Assembly: GCA_016342595.1 (NCBI GenBank)
Contig: JAEINY010000038.1
Span: forward strand, 3,807-35,806
Direction of reading: 5' to 3'
DNA from: Marinilabiliaceae bacterium
Lineage (GTDB): Bacteria; Bacteroidota; Bacteroidia; Bacteroidales; Marinilabiliaceae
DNA: 32,000 bases
Shown: positions 25,601-32,000 of the stretch, in pieces
How the letters are laid out: every line of letters begins with the position of its first letter
Position numbering within the stretch: position 1 is the first letter of the stretch
The notes under the pieces: generated by a model
What the model was told of the DNA's origin: nothing
Databases searched by the model: none
What the model saw: the letters and a program-made list of their open reading frames with translations, nothing else
Made by a program: the position numbers and the translations under genes

Positions 25601-27063
25601 ATTTTAATACTATCAAATTTTTCTATACTTAGATTGTCTATACTTTTTTTAATTGACTCGATTTTTTCGTCTATTTCTGATGCATGTAGCCTAATCAGTT
25701 TTTGCTTTTTAGTATTAAATATATCCCATAAGAGACCTTCTTTTTGATGTAGTTTGTTAAAATCTTCAGGAAACAGATTTTTATAGAGAATCATACTAAA
25801 GACTTGTTCCGGGTTGTGAGAGATGTTAATTTGTCTATTTTCAGAAGAGGAGATATTGATCTTATCAATGTATATTTTAAACTCATTGACAACATTTGCC
25901 AGCAAGCGCATATCGTAGATGTAGTAGCCAATGTTTCGAATAAATTTCTCGCTTATTGGAAAGTTTTCTTTGTCAAATCCGGCACCAGCCATTAGGTCAA
26001 GTAACTTATCGCGTGAGTTATTGGAGTTTACGTAGGGTACTATGGGAATAATGAAGTCGAAAAACTTGGTTCGCTGGTGGCTATCGGGAAAGAGGTCATC
26101 GCGCACTGCAAATATGAAATTTATGGAGCCACTTTCTTTAATTTCAGGCGATTGATTGAGTAATATATTCAGTTCACGTAACTTGGTAAAGAGGTTGATG
26201 TTTTCAAAGCGATCTAAATCTTCGATAATAACTACTTTCTTCTTGGACGCTTCAAAAAGGTAAATGAGTTCATCCGTATTGGAGGTGAGGACTGATTCTG
26301 TTTGGTTCTGATTTAACTCTATTTCATGAGAGTTGATTTTTAGTTTTTTGATACTGCCTTTTCTGGAGTAATATACAGCGTAATATAATCCTTGATAGAG
26401 AGTATAAACAAGGAATATAAACACTGGTATATTTATGTATTGTATAGGACTAGCCCAAGCTATGTTTTTAAAAAACATAAGAAGGCTATTTGATTTAAGG
26501 AATTCAATATTTTCTTTCAAGGATGAAAATAGGATGGGGCTCCAAAGTATGCACAGAACAGTTACCAATAGAAATACAGTATATTCTTCTCTTTTTTCAC
26601 TTTTTAGATTTCTTACCCTTCTAATTTTCGAATAAATGGTTTGCTCTCGAGGAAGTTGATAAAAAATCTGTTGAATGATGTTTCTTTCTACTTCTTGTTC
26701 TGTCTCCTCTTTGTTGTTAGTGGATCTAATAGAGTCGCTTAAGTCCTCTTTGTCGCTTTTGGCTTCAAGATTATCAGGGTTGTTTGAATTGTGATTTTGG
26801 TTTTTTTCTTCATGTTTATACTTTGTGGTATTACCATTCGTGCAAAAATGCGCTAAAGATATTCTAACAGGCGAGTCTTTATCCTCTACAGACTTAAAGA
26901 ATGAATCCAGAACTGAACTTTTACCGGAACCATAGGGGCCGGTAATGGCTATGTTGTGAATGTCTTTATCCTCTATAGCGTATTTCAGAGCTTTGAAATA
27001 AATATCTTCCTTTAGGTTTTTATTTGCTGTTAGTTTGAGGAATTTGGAGTCGTCTGTTGGCAT
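22687..27063 (-). CDS. Giant YobI/KAP-like P-loop NTPase with a TM hairpin inside the NTPase domain and ~1100-aa helical C-terminal region
   Basis: AITGPYGSGKSS (nt 26917-26943). Hydrophobic helices at aa ~161-181 and ~211-232. Walker B is VVIIEDLDRFENINLFTKLRELN (aa 277-299). The rest is N/I/L/K-rich with an internal duplication. Confidence 0.6.
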   Translation of the reverse strand: MPTDDSKFLKLTANKNLKEDIYFKALKYAIEDKDIHNIAITGPYGSGKSSVLDSFFKSVEDKDSPVRISLAHFCTNGNTTKYKHEEKNQNHNSNNPDNLEAKSDKEDLSDSIRSTNNKEETEQEVERNIIQQIFYQLPREQTIYSKIRRVRNLKSEKREEYTVFLLVTVLCILWSPILFSSLKENIEFLKSNSLLMFFKNIAWASPIQYINIPVFIFLVYTLYQGLYYAVYYSRKGSIKKLKINSHEIELNQNQTESVLTSNTDELIYLFEASKKKVVIIEDLDRFENINLFTKLRELNILLNQSPEIKESGSINFIFAVRDDLFPDSHQRTKFFDFIIPIVPYVNSNNSRDKLLDLMAGAGFDKENFPISEKFIRNIGYYIYDMRLLANVVNEFKIYIDKINISSSENRQINISHNPEQVFSMILYKNLFPEDFNKLHQKEGLLWDIFNTKKQKLIRLHASEIDEKIESIKKSIDNLSIEKFDSIKILQQEYIVEVLIRTYRNEIKHFTINNSKNISISEINKDDNFEILVNTGMQFRGSYNDTYSVDFKSIENSIDPTNTYEQRKAKITQKQEGAISSFNQEIAQLKKSKERHNKLHIKDLISITTDNKWIDTLLQKNKKQTHNGHNYDLLIYVIRHGYIDENYYHNISIFHEGSLNKQDYEFVMNVKNWKSQPFDIPLTNIENIIEEIDDKEFINDAALNFTLLSHLLSSTGNTMKLDLLMRQFSLNTLKADDFIDQYVDHLQQEKAFDTCNKFINTLLLWHPNFWSFVENVSAKLNAKRYYIQLLLNNPQLQIDDLEKISNNSGYAFKEYIEQESDFLFMFENKTQGCELAELIAVLDIKFEKLILTSHHELATFICENNFYGINPHMLHLMLSEDKSGTKNLKDDLKTQNYSSILQSNNKNIITYINANLNTYYENVWSTFDSPQKESPEAFLAILNGDMHFEYKLTLINSIDSKITFLRKITDEDLLIPLIKHGKVEANWQNIASYYNHTEELNQELVDFLNKKANYEALSESSMAGEIVSEAQVLTELIIKTTEIKEESLKALLKHNTITISSFDIENMTQERAQIILENKALDFNVNNQKLLKEYGLDHHIQFIVLNTDTFLREDINEFKMDANDICLLLNQSLPLDKKEEIIDDLEFNMHDISPINKELWPLLFQYSKVYPSWSNVWLYYEHLEFKLNDTLTDFLENADSIKQLSKQKASDCNDSNKETELAKVILFSNKLSISTIDILAKSFTLEFPTFNKDTVSTELAEILVVHSLLELNAQNYTTLKTYNNDLHILFLSYEILEFFDNKVQLPITDSDYAVLLESNLDKKHKIQLIEEINIVALDISNTHLIEKLVEYIIENEIRTRDFEFIHSVLNLDFNVQEKVVILNSSIKHFTKKQIMSLLNVLPGDFPLISKEKGLHAKIKHTNENKEFASLLEKQQFISSHKIEGDIIRLITKKTKQIME

Positions 27064-27217
27064 GTGTGTTGATTTATGGAAGGATAAATATAGTAAATAT
27101 GTTTATTTTACATGATGATTATTTACAAGTTTCGGTACTTCACCTTCATAATTATCTCTCCGTCTTTCTTTCACTTCCTCTTATTTTAAGGGAATAATAT
27201 TAGAAAGGTGTGTTGAA

Positions 27218-27865
27218 TTAATTTCTCTTATCCACTGTATCATCCGGCCAATCAATCAAATTGACCATCTCCCTCAATCGACTGCGTACTCGTTGCCCAT
27301 ATAGTTCTTCAATTTGATCCACATCCAGGTTAGTGGTGATGAGGGTGATGAGGTTATCGGAGATGAAGAGGTCGTAGCGGCTGAGTAGGATTTCGGCTAT
27401 TACGTTGCATTCACTGCCGAAATGTTTGAGGCTTTGTTCGGCTCCCAAGTCATCTAGACAGATGGGTTTTGGTATTTTTCTACCTGGAGAAATAGAAAAG
27501 CTGCGTTTGCTGTAGCGGTGAATGACTTCGAAACCGTCCTTTTGAAATTCGAAGCTGATATCGCGGCAGGGTTTGACCTGGTAGCGGTGTTCAATGGGGA
27601 GTAGGAGTTGCATCAGTTTCATCAGTGAGGTTTTGCCACAGCCGATGGGACCGCAAAGCATGAGGCCTTTTCTGGGATCCAATTCTTGTGATATGGTGGT
27701 GGGATGGTCGCCAATGGTGTAGGCGAAGAGTTTCCGGATGATGGGCATGTCTTCATCGTATAGTTTGAAGGTGGGGCCGTAGATGGTTTGGCCTTTTTTT
27801 GTGATGAAGGATAAGGACTTTTGGAAGTCGTAGATGATGGTGTTGTTTTTTATTTGGTAGTGCAT
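27218..27865 (-). CDS. DnaC/IstB-like AAA+ ATPase
   Basis: Walker A LMLCGPIGCGKTSL. Walker B and following region read ICLDDLGAEQSLKHFGSECNVIAEILLSRYD, the helicase-loader-like pattern. Confidence 0.65.
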   Translation of the reverse strand: MHYQIKNNTIIYDFQKSLSFITKKGQTIYGPTFKLYDEDMPIIRKLFAYTIGDHPTTISQELDPRKGLMLCGPIGCGKTSLMKLMQLLLPIEHRYQVKPCRDISFEFQKDGFEVIHRYSKRSFSISPGRKIPKPICLDDLGAEQSLKHFGSECNVIAEILLSRYDLFISDNLITLITTNLDVDQIEELYGQRVRSRLREMVNLIDWPDDTVDKRN

Positions 27866-27913
27866 GTTTTTTCAGTTTTAAGTTAAAACCTAAAGTGCTC
27901 AAGGAATACTATT

Positions 27914-28177
27914 TTATCTAAGTGCTATAGCCGCACGGGCTTTTACTTTCTCCCTACAGTCGCAGAAAGTAAACAAAGAAGACCGCCGATACTGCCCAAT
28001 TACGCTAAATGATTCCATTACGGCGGAAAGAAAAGAACTCGCTCTGCTCAAACAGCTTTTCTTTCTGATCGCCTTTATTTCATCATTCTTAACGCTATTG
28101 GTCAGAGGCGGATGTTCATATTGAAAAGTTGTATTATCATTTGGTGATTGTGTTGAAACTGCTTTCTTGTATGGCAT
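27914..28177 (-). CDS. Small hypothetical protein (87 aa, internal-Met version of the 164-aa track ORF)
   Basis: ATG at 28175-28177 lies 10 nt after the stop of the upstream gene (28188). The longer form overlaps that gene and is low-complexity T/P/S-rich. Confidence 0.25.
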   Translation of the reverse strand: MPYKKAVSTQSPNDNTTFQYEHPPLTNSVKNDEIKAIRKKSCLSRASSFLSAVMESFSVIGQYRRSSLFTFCDCREKVKARAAIALR

Positions 28178-28187
28178 GACGTTATTT

Positions 28188-28544
28188 TTAGTTGAGTGAA
28201 TATTTGCTGGGGATGGCAATTGGAAAGTTGATGGGTTGAAAGAAGAATGCCATGTGTTTGATGAAGGTGATGATGTTGGCATAGTAGTGCAGGAGGCATT
28301 CGGCATCGGTGTAGGTATTGTAGGGCGGGTCGAATGTGTAGCTGTATTCCTGACCTGATAAATGACAATAAACGGATTGTATCCTGTCGTGAAGATCAAT
28401 GATTTCACATAGGTAGGATTGTTTGTCGATGAATAGTTTTTGCTCGAAGAATTGCTCGGAAAGGTTAACTATCTTATCCAGGATTTGATCGAAGTTTTCG
28501 ATGTTGAACTTGCATTTTAGGTTTTGGTAGAGTAGGTTTTTCAT
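28188..28544 (-). CDS. Hypothetical protein (118 aa)
   Basis: Ordinary amino-acid composition from MKNLLYQNLK (ATG 28542-28544). No motif recognised. Confidence 0.4.
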   Translation of the reverse strand: MKNLLYQNLKCKFNIENFDQILDKIVNLSEQFFEQKLFIDKQSYLCEIIDLHDRIQSVYCHLSGQEYSYTFDPPYNTYTDAECLLHYYANIITFIKHMAFFFQPINFPIAIPSKYSLN

Positions 28545-28585
28545 GATTTCTTTTTTTTGTAACACAGAGAAAAGATAGTAACGCA

Positions 28586-28821
28586 AAGGTTCACAGAGAA
28601 GGCACGGAGGAGCACGGAGTTTGTTTTAGTACCCCTCAGTCCTTCGGACAGCTCCCCTAAACTAGGGGAGCAAAAGCGGAATTGTATTCGTTATCCCCTT
28701 TGTCTTCGGCATCCCGTTACACGGGACCAAGTCTTCCCTCTAAAGGGGAAAGTGTGGAATAAGCGTTTTACCCCCTTTGCCTTCGGCATTTCCCCCTGTA
28801 GGGGGAAAGTGTTGAATATCC
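28586..28821 (+). repeat. Array of three GC-hairpin repeat units preceded by a cacagag/cacggag motif block
   Basis: Units at 28629-28690, 28691-28765 and 28766-28821 share tacccc(c)t.tg.cttcgg.a...tcccc(t)...agggga..gtg..gaat. Each holds small hairpins (tgcc-ttc-ggca, ctcccct/aggggag, tccccc/ggggga). The array abuts the stop codon at 28826. Confidence 0.8.
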
Positions 28822-28825
28822 ATTG

Positions 28826-29692
28826 TTAAAGTGGTTTTCCATAGTTGGTGGATGGTTTGTGGCCGGGTGGTTTGAGTTTGTTACTTTGGTTGCGTTCAGC
28901 ATCCGTGTTGCGGTTTTGTGAGGAACCTGAGGATTTATTGGCGTATTTGTCGATGTTGAGCATCCAGTTGCGGGCTGAGGCTTTCCAGTCTTTCATGCGA
29001 GACTTGCCACCCACTAACCAGCCGTTGGATGTGTAGTGATTGAAAAATCGTTCGGCTTCAGTTTTGGAATGGTTCTTTTCCTGGAAGTAGATTTGGATGT
29101 GTTCCAGTGGCGGAGGGAACCCCTCTGCCCTCCGGGCATCTCCCCTGGAAGGGGAGAGATTCTTTTTCTGCTTTTTCCTTTTTCGTATTTTTTCTTCCGG
29201 AAGGGGTGTTTCTTCGAAGTCGAAAAGGTCTTGTTGGGGGTCTTGATTATTGTTAAGTGACTTCATGGCTATTTTACGTTCTTCTGTATCCATTTTTGTT
29301 GCTTTTTGATTATCATAAAAACTGGGTTCTCCTATAGAGTGTGTATTGTTTGTATGTTTTATATTAGTGTCCATTTTATGGACGAGCTGTGGACGAGTAC
29401 TCGTCCATAAAATGGACAAGTAAACTTTGCTGTTTACATCCGGATCAGTGGATGGTTTGTATTTAACAAAACCATGGTGATTAAGGTCTTTTATTGCATT
29501 TGAAAACGTGGTTGGAGATTTGATGCGTGCCATCTTCATGACTTCCTGTCGGTGTATGATGATGGGATTTTCAAATTGGGCCCAGTTCCACAACCTGAAT
29601 AGTGCTATGTACAGGCTGATGTGATGTGGTTTTAACTCTGGTATCTTATCCATCTTTTCAAAGGCTGCCAATTGATGATGGATATAGTTCAT
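28826..29692 (-). CDS. Winged-helix DNA-binding / replication-initiator-like protein of the mobile element
   Basis: The N-terminal ~100 aa look wHTH-like (HISLYIALFRLWNWAQF...ARIKSPTTFSNAIKDLNHHGFVKY). The C-terminal motif FFNHYTSNGWLVGGKSRMKDWKASARNWM is one I recall from phage/ICE replication-organiser proteins. It sits upstream of a DnaC-like ATPase. Confidence 0.45.
   Translation of the reverse strand: MNYIHHQLAAFEKMDKIPELKPHHISLYIALFRLWNWAQFENPIIIHRQEVMKMARIKSPTTFSNAIKDLNHHGFVKYKPSTDPDVNSKVYLSILWTSTRPQLVHKMDTNIKHTNNTHSIGEPSFYDNQKATKMDTEERKIAMKSLNNNQDPQQDLFDFEETPLPEEKIRKRKKQKKNLSPSRGDARRAEGFPPPLEHIQIYFQEKNHSKTEAERFFNHYTSNGWLVGGKSRMKDWKASARNWMLNIDKYANKSSGSSQNRNTDAERNQSNKLKPPGHKPSTNYGKPL
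29117..29163 (+). repeat. Copy of the GC-hairpin repeat embedded in-frame inside the 28826-29692 CDS
   Basis: gaacccctctgccctccgggcatctcccctggaaggggagagattc matches the intergenic repeat consensus. On the coding strand it reads KNLSPSRGDARRAEGFPPP in the linker between the two domains. Confidence 0.7.
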
Positions 29693-29789
29693 GGTGCTCT
29701 GGTGTTCATTTTATTAGTGATTAGTGAAAAGAAATGAGTCCGGAGATAGAAGTCCGAAGTCCGCTTAGAAAATAGAATTCGATGCACTC

Positions 29790-30059
29790 CTAATTGACTT
29801 TGTGTTCCTCGATCATCTGGTGGATGTCGGCGAAGGCGTAGTAGATGACACCGCCGATTTTGGTGTAGGGCAAAGTGCCATTAACACGGAGGTTCTGCAG
29901 TGTACCCGGGGAGATGTTGAGGATCTGCCGTACTTCCCGGGACTTTAACCATTTTTTGGGATGGGTACCGGCTTGGTCTTGCAGTAGTTTTTGGATGTCG
30001 GCGAGTAATTCGAGTTTGAATTCGCGCAAATCGTCGGTTGTGATAATTTCTGTTGCCAT
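29790..30059 (-). CDS. Excisionase-type helix-turn-helix DNA-binding protein
   Basis: 89 aa. KKWLKSREVRQILNISPGTLQNLRVNGTLPYTKIGGVIYY is the typical MerR/Xis-like HTH of Bacteroidota mobile elements. Confidence 0.8.
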   Translation of the reverse strand: MATEIITTDDLREFKLELLADIQKLLQDQAGTHPKKWLKSREVRQILNISPGTLQNLRVNGTLPYTKIGGVIYYAFADIHQMIEEHKVN

Positions 30060-30114
30060 AATTTGATGTTTAAATTAATTGATAATTCAACTTATTAGTA
30101 GCTTTTTCCAGACA

Positions 30115-30189
30115 ATACCCCCTCTGCCTACGGCATCCCGTTACACGGGACCAAGTCCTCCCCCACAGGTGGAGAGAATTGGGAATACG
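30115..30189 (+). repeat. Fifth copy of the GC-hairpin repeat
   Basis: ataccccctctgcctacggcatcccgttacacgggaccaagtcctcccccacaggtggagagaattgggaatacg. It shares the cggcatcccgttacacgggaccaagtc segment with unit 28691-28765. Confidence 0.8.
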
Positions 30190-30386
30190 ATCTTTCCATT
30201 TTAAATCTGTTTAACTCATATTCATTATTTTCGATTTAAGATTAATACTTGTTTTAGCTGCCAGGCTATTTGATTGATTATGATGTGGTACAAAGGAAGG
30301 AAAACAGGAAATACGAAAATAGTGGTAAAAGGGTGGAACCACCCTAACCACCCCATGTAAATCAAGGAGTTATGAATGAAAAAAGT

Positions 30387-31601
30387 TTAAAATTTATTTT
30401 GCTCTATTAAATCCAATTGGTTTTTAAGCATTTTTTTAACTTTTAGGATCGACGACGGAGGAGTGCAATAGTAACCATTGCTTAAGTTCCCTGGGGAAGG
30501 GTTAATTTTTTTCTTGGACGAGAAATGTTTCGAGAACAGGTTAAAGAGTTCTTGAGGTTCAGCAGATTTAAATATGTCTGTTTTATCCCAAAGACGTATA
30601 ATAAATCCCAATTCCGCTACGGGCAAATTTGTTGGTATTTTATCGTTGTCTTTTGTTTTAAAAGTGGATTGCTCACTTATATGACAGCTAGCTTCTATAA
30701 ATGAAATCTCTTGTCTCAGCCATTTGATTAAGAAGGATCTGATTTTTTTAGCATTGCGGTCGTAGCCTGCCTGGTTTGCTGCTTGTACTTGCTCAACACT
30801 TTTTAAAAATAATCGGAGGACTTCCAATTGTTCGGCTTTACTGTCTTGCAGGTTGCACATTTTAGAAAAGAATTCACTACAGTAGTCCATGCACTCCTGG
30901 GAGTTGAGGTCGTGCCGGATAATAGCTATACAGAGCAATTTTTCAAATTCCTTTTTTGTTTGCGGTTTTTTACAAACTTTCGCCAATTTGATCATCCATG
31001 ATTTCAGAAAGGCTAAGTCGCAAAAGGAATAATGCTCCTTGGTATATTCCAGGAAATCCCAGAAGGGATGAAGCACGACGTTAAGAAGTGGTTTGTTCAC
31101 TTTCTTCATCAGCAGCATATCCCTTAGCAAACCCAGGGATTGTTTGATTTCTTCTTTTTGTCGCTCATAAGCAGGCAAAGGAATGGGTAAGCTGTCGTTA
31201 AATTCTTGTGGGAATTGTTTATGCAGAAAACACAACAATTCAATGAGGGTATTGAGTGTTTTTCTTAATAAACAATCCTCATTTTCATGCTTCTCCTTAC
31301 ATGATATTTGCATCTCAAATAGGCTATTGAGTGTGTATATTAGCATCGATTGGTAGGGCTTGATGAGGTGCTTGAAGGTTTTGCAGAACGCAGGGTCTGC
31401 AGCAAGGTGCTGCAGTTTACGGCGGTGCTTTTGGGTCAGCGTATTAAGATTGCATACAAAAGCTTTTCCGGCAGTCAAATCTGGCTTACTGCATTGGTGG
31501 TTACAATGGTGGTCATGAACTTGATCGACCACCTCACTAAGTTGATCCAGGAGGTTTTGCATCTGTTCAGATTTATTTGATTCATGAAACGCACCACTCA
31601 T
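30387..31601 (-). CDS. Hypothetical protein (404 aa)
   Basis: Long ATG-initiated ORF with normal composition. His/Cys cluster near the N-terminus (VHDHHCNHQC). No family recognised. Confidence 0.5.
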   Translation of the reverse strand: MSGAFHESNKSEQMQNLLDQLSEVVDQVHDHHCNHQCSKPDLTAGKAFVCNLNTLTQKHRRKLQHLAADPAFCKTFKHLIKPYQSMLIYTLNSLFEMQISCKEKHENEDCLLRKTLNTLIELLCFLHKQFPQEFNDSLPIPLPAYERQKEEIKQSLGLLRDMLLMKKVNKPLLNVVLHPFWDFLEYTKEHYSFCDLAFLKSWMIKLAKVCKKPQTKKEFEKLLCIAIIRHDLNSQECMDYCSEFFSKMCNLQDSKAEQLEVLRLFLKSVEQVQAANQAGYDRNAKKIRSFLIKWLRQEISFIEASCHISEQSTFKTKDNDKIPTNLPVAELGFIIRLWDKTDIFKSAEPQELFNLFSKHFSSKKKINPSPGNLSNGYYCTPPSSILKVKKMLKNQLDLIEQNKF

Positions 31602-31743
31602 TTCACCTAATACTAAAAAACTACCACTAGGTTTGTTTCATGGTTTAATGTTATGTTTTTAGTATGACGCACTAAATGCAAATAGGTTGCATCAAAAACA
31701 ATGCCTTTAGTGTACTAAATATTTCATTTAGATAAATTTGAAT

Positions 31744-31787
31744 AAAAAAGCTCCTATTTTAACAATAGTTAAAATAGGAGCTTTTTA
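31744..31787. terminator. Bidirectional rho-independent terminator after the integrase gene
   Basis: Perfect 13-bp stem 31750-31762/31769-31781 (gctcctattttaa / ttaaaataggagc) with loop caatag. It is flanked by an A run (31744-31749) and a T run (31782-31786). Confidence 0.8.
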
Positions 31788-31814
31788 CTGTATCCACAGG
31801 CTTTGAGATAAGTA

Positions 31815-32000
31815 CTATATGGATGCTTTTTTATCTTTATTTTTTTTCTCAGTTAGTTTCACTTGTAGTTGATGCATATCCTCACTCACCTTATTTTCGA
31901 CCACTTGGGCGTAAATCTGTGTTGTTGCAATGCGATGATGGCCCAAGATCTTACTGACTGTTTCAATGGGCACACCATTACTTAAAGTTACGGTGGTTGC
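31815..32000 (-). CDS. Tyrosine recombinase/integrase, C-terminal 61 residues (5' part outside the window)
   Basis: The reverse strand reads ATTVTLSNGVPIETVSKILGHHRIATTQIYAQVVENKV...KKASI*. LGHxxxxTTxIY is the box II region with the catalytic Tyr. The stop is at 31815-31817. Confidence 0.85.
   Translation of the reverse strand, partial: ATTVTLSNGVPIETVSKILGHHRIATTQIYAQVVENKVSEDMHQLQVKLTEKKNKDKKASI

Larger units (their letters stand above)
27218..32000 (-). mobile_element. Core module of an integrative element (integrase, Xis-like HTH, replication-like pair); the left boundary is not determinable and cargo may extend to ~4319
   Basis: Gene content listed above; all genes are co-oriented with the downstream defence cargo. 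No att repeat is visible because the integrase-proximal end lies outside the window. Confidence 0.55.

Noticed and set aside
27914-28408. 164-aa ORF and the 88-aa ORF 28102-28368 overlapping the 28188-28586 ORF
   Set aside because: The overlapping parts are low-complexity T/P/S/H-rich and compete with a better-composed frame. Only the 3' part, from the ATG at 28177, is kept, and at low confidence.
28629-28821. Hairpin repeat array as a CRISPR array
   Set aside because: The units are directly abutting, of unequal length (56-75 bp) and diverged, with no unique spacers. No cas genes are in the window.

Overview
All protein calls here rest on motifs read by eye; no database search was run. The window is AT-rich (hand count 22/80 G+C at 3901-3980). 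It looks Bacteroidota-like: an excisionase-type HTH gene, a tyrosine-integrase tail and a TAnnTTTG-type promoter box. Bases 4319-32000 form one unbroken minus-strand gene array. Its right edge is an integrative-element module: integrase 3' end, orphan 404-aa gene, Xis-like HTH, winged-helix replication-like protein, two small ORFs, a DnaC/IstB-like ATPase and a GC-hairpin repeat family. The module is followed by stacked defence cargo. First comes a 1458-aa YobI/KAP-like membrane P-loop NTPase, then McrB and McrC, then an 891-aa fusion of a degenerate SF2 helicase module to a KAP NTPase. Next is a type I R-M locus: half-size HsdS, HsdM, Fic, full HsdS and a PIN-like gene. A DUF3800 gene pair follows, with HsdR plus a YgjP/M48-like peptidase last. 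The left 4.3 kb is plus-strand. It holds the tail of a PDZ-like protein, a 2TM/tandem-Rossmann/RyR-domain membrane protein and a truncated TIR gene. After the TIR fragment comes about 0.87 kb of non-coding DNA with a 187-bp tandem repeat and a G-rich, GC-rich segment that looks like a structured RNA. Best candidates for something undescribed: (1) the McrBC pair bracketed by two different membrane-inserted KAP-type NTPases, especially the dead-helicase::KAP fusion; (2) the RyR-domain channel-like protein next to TIR; (3) the DUF3800 pair with a hairpin-rich leader; (4) Fic and PIN-like genes embedded in the hsd operon.
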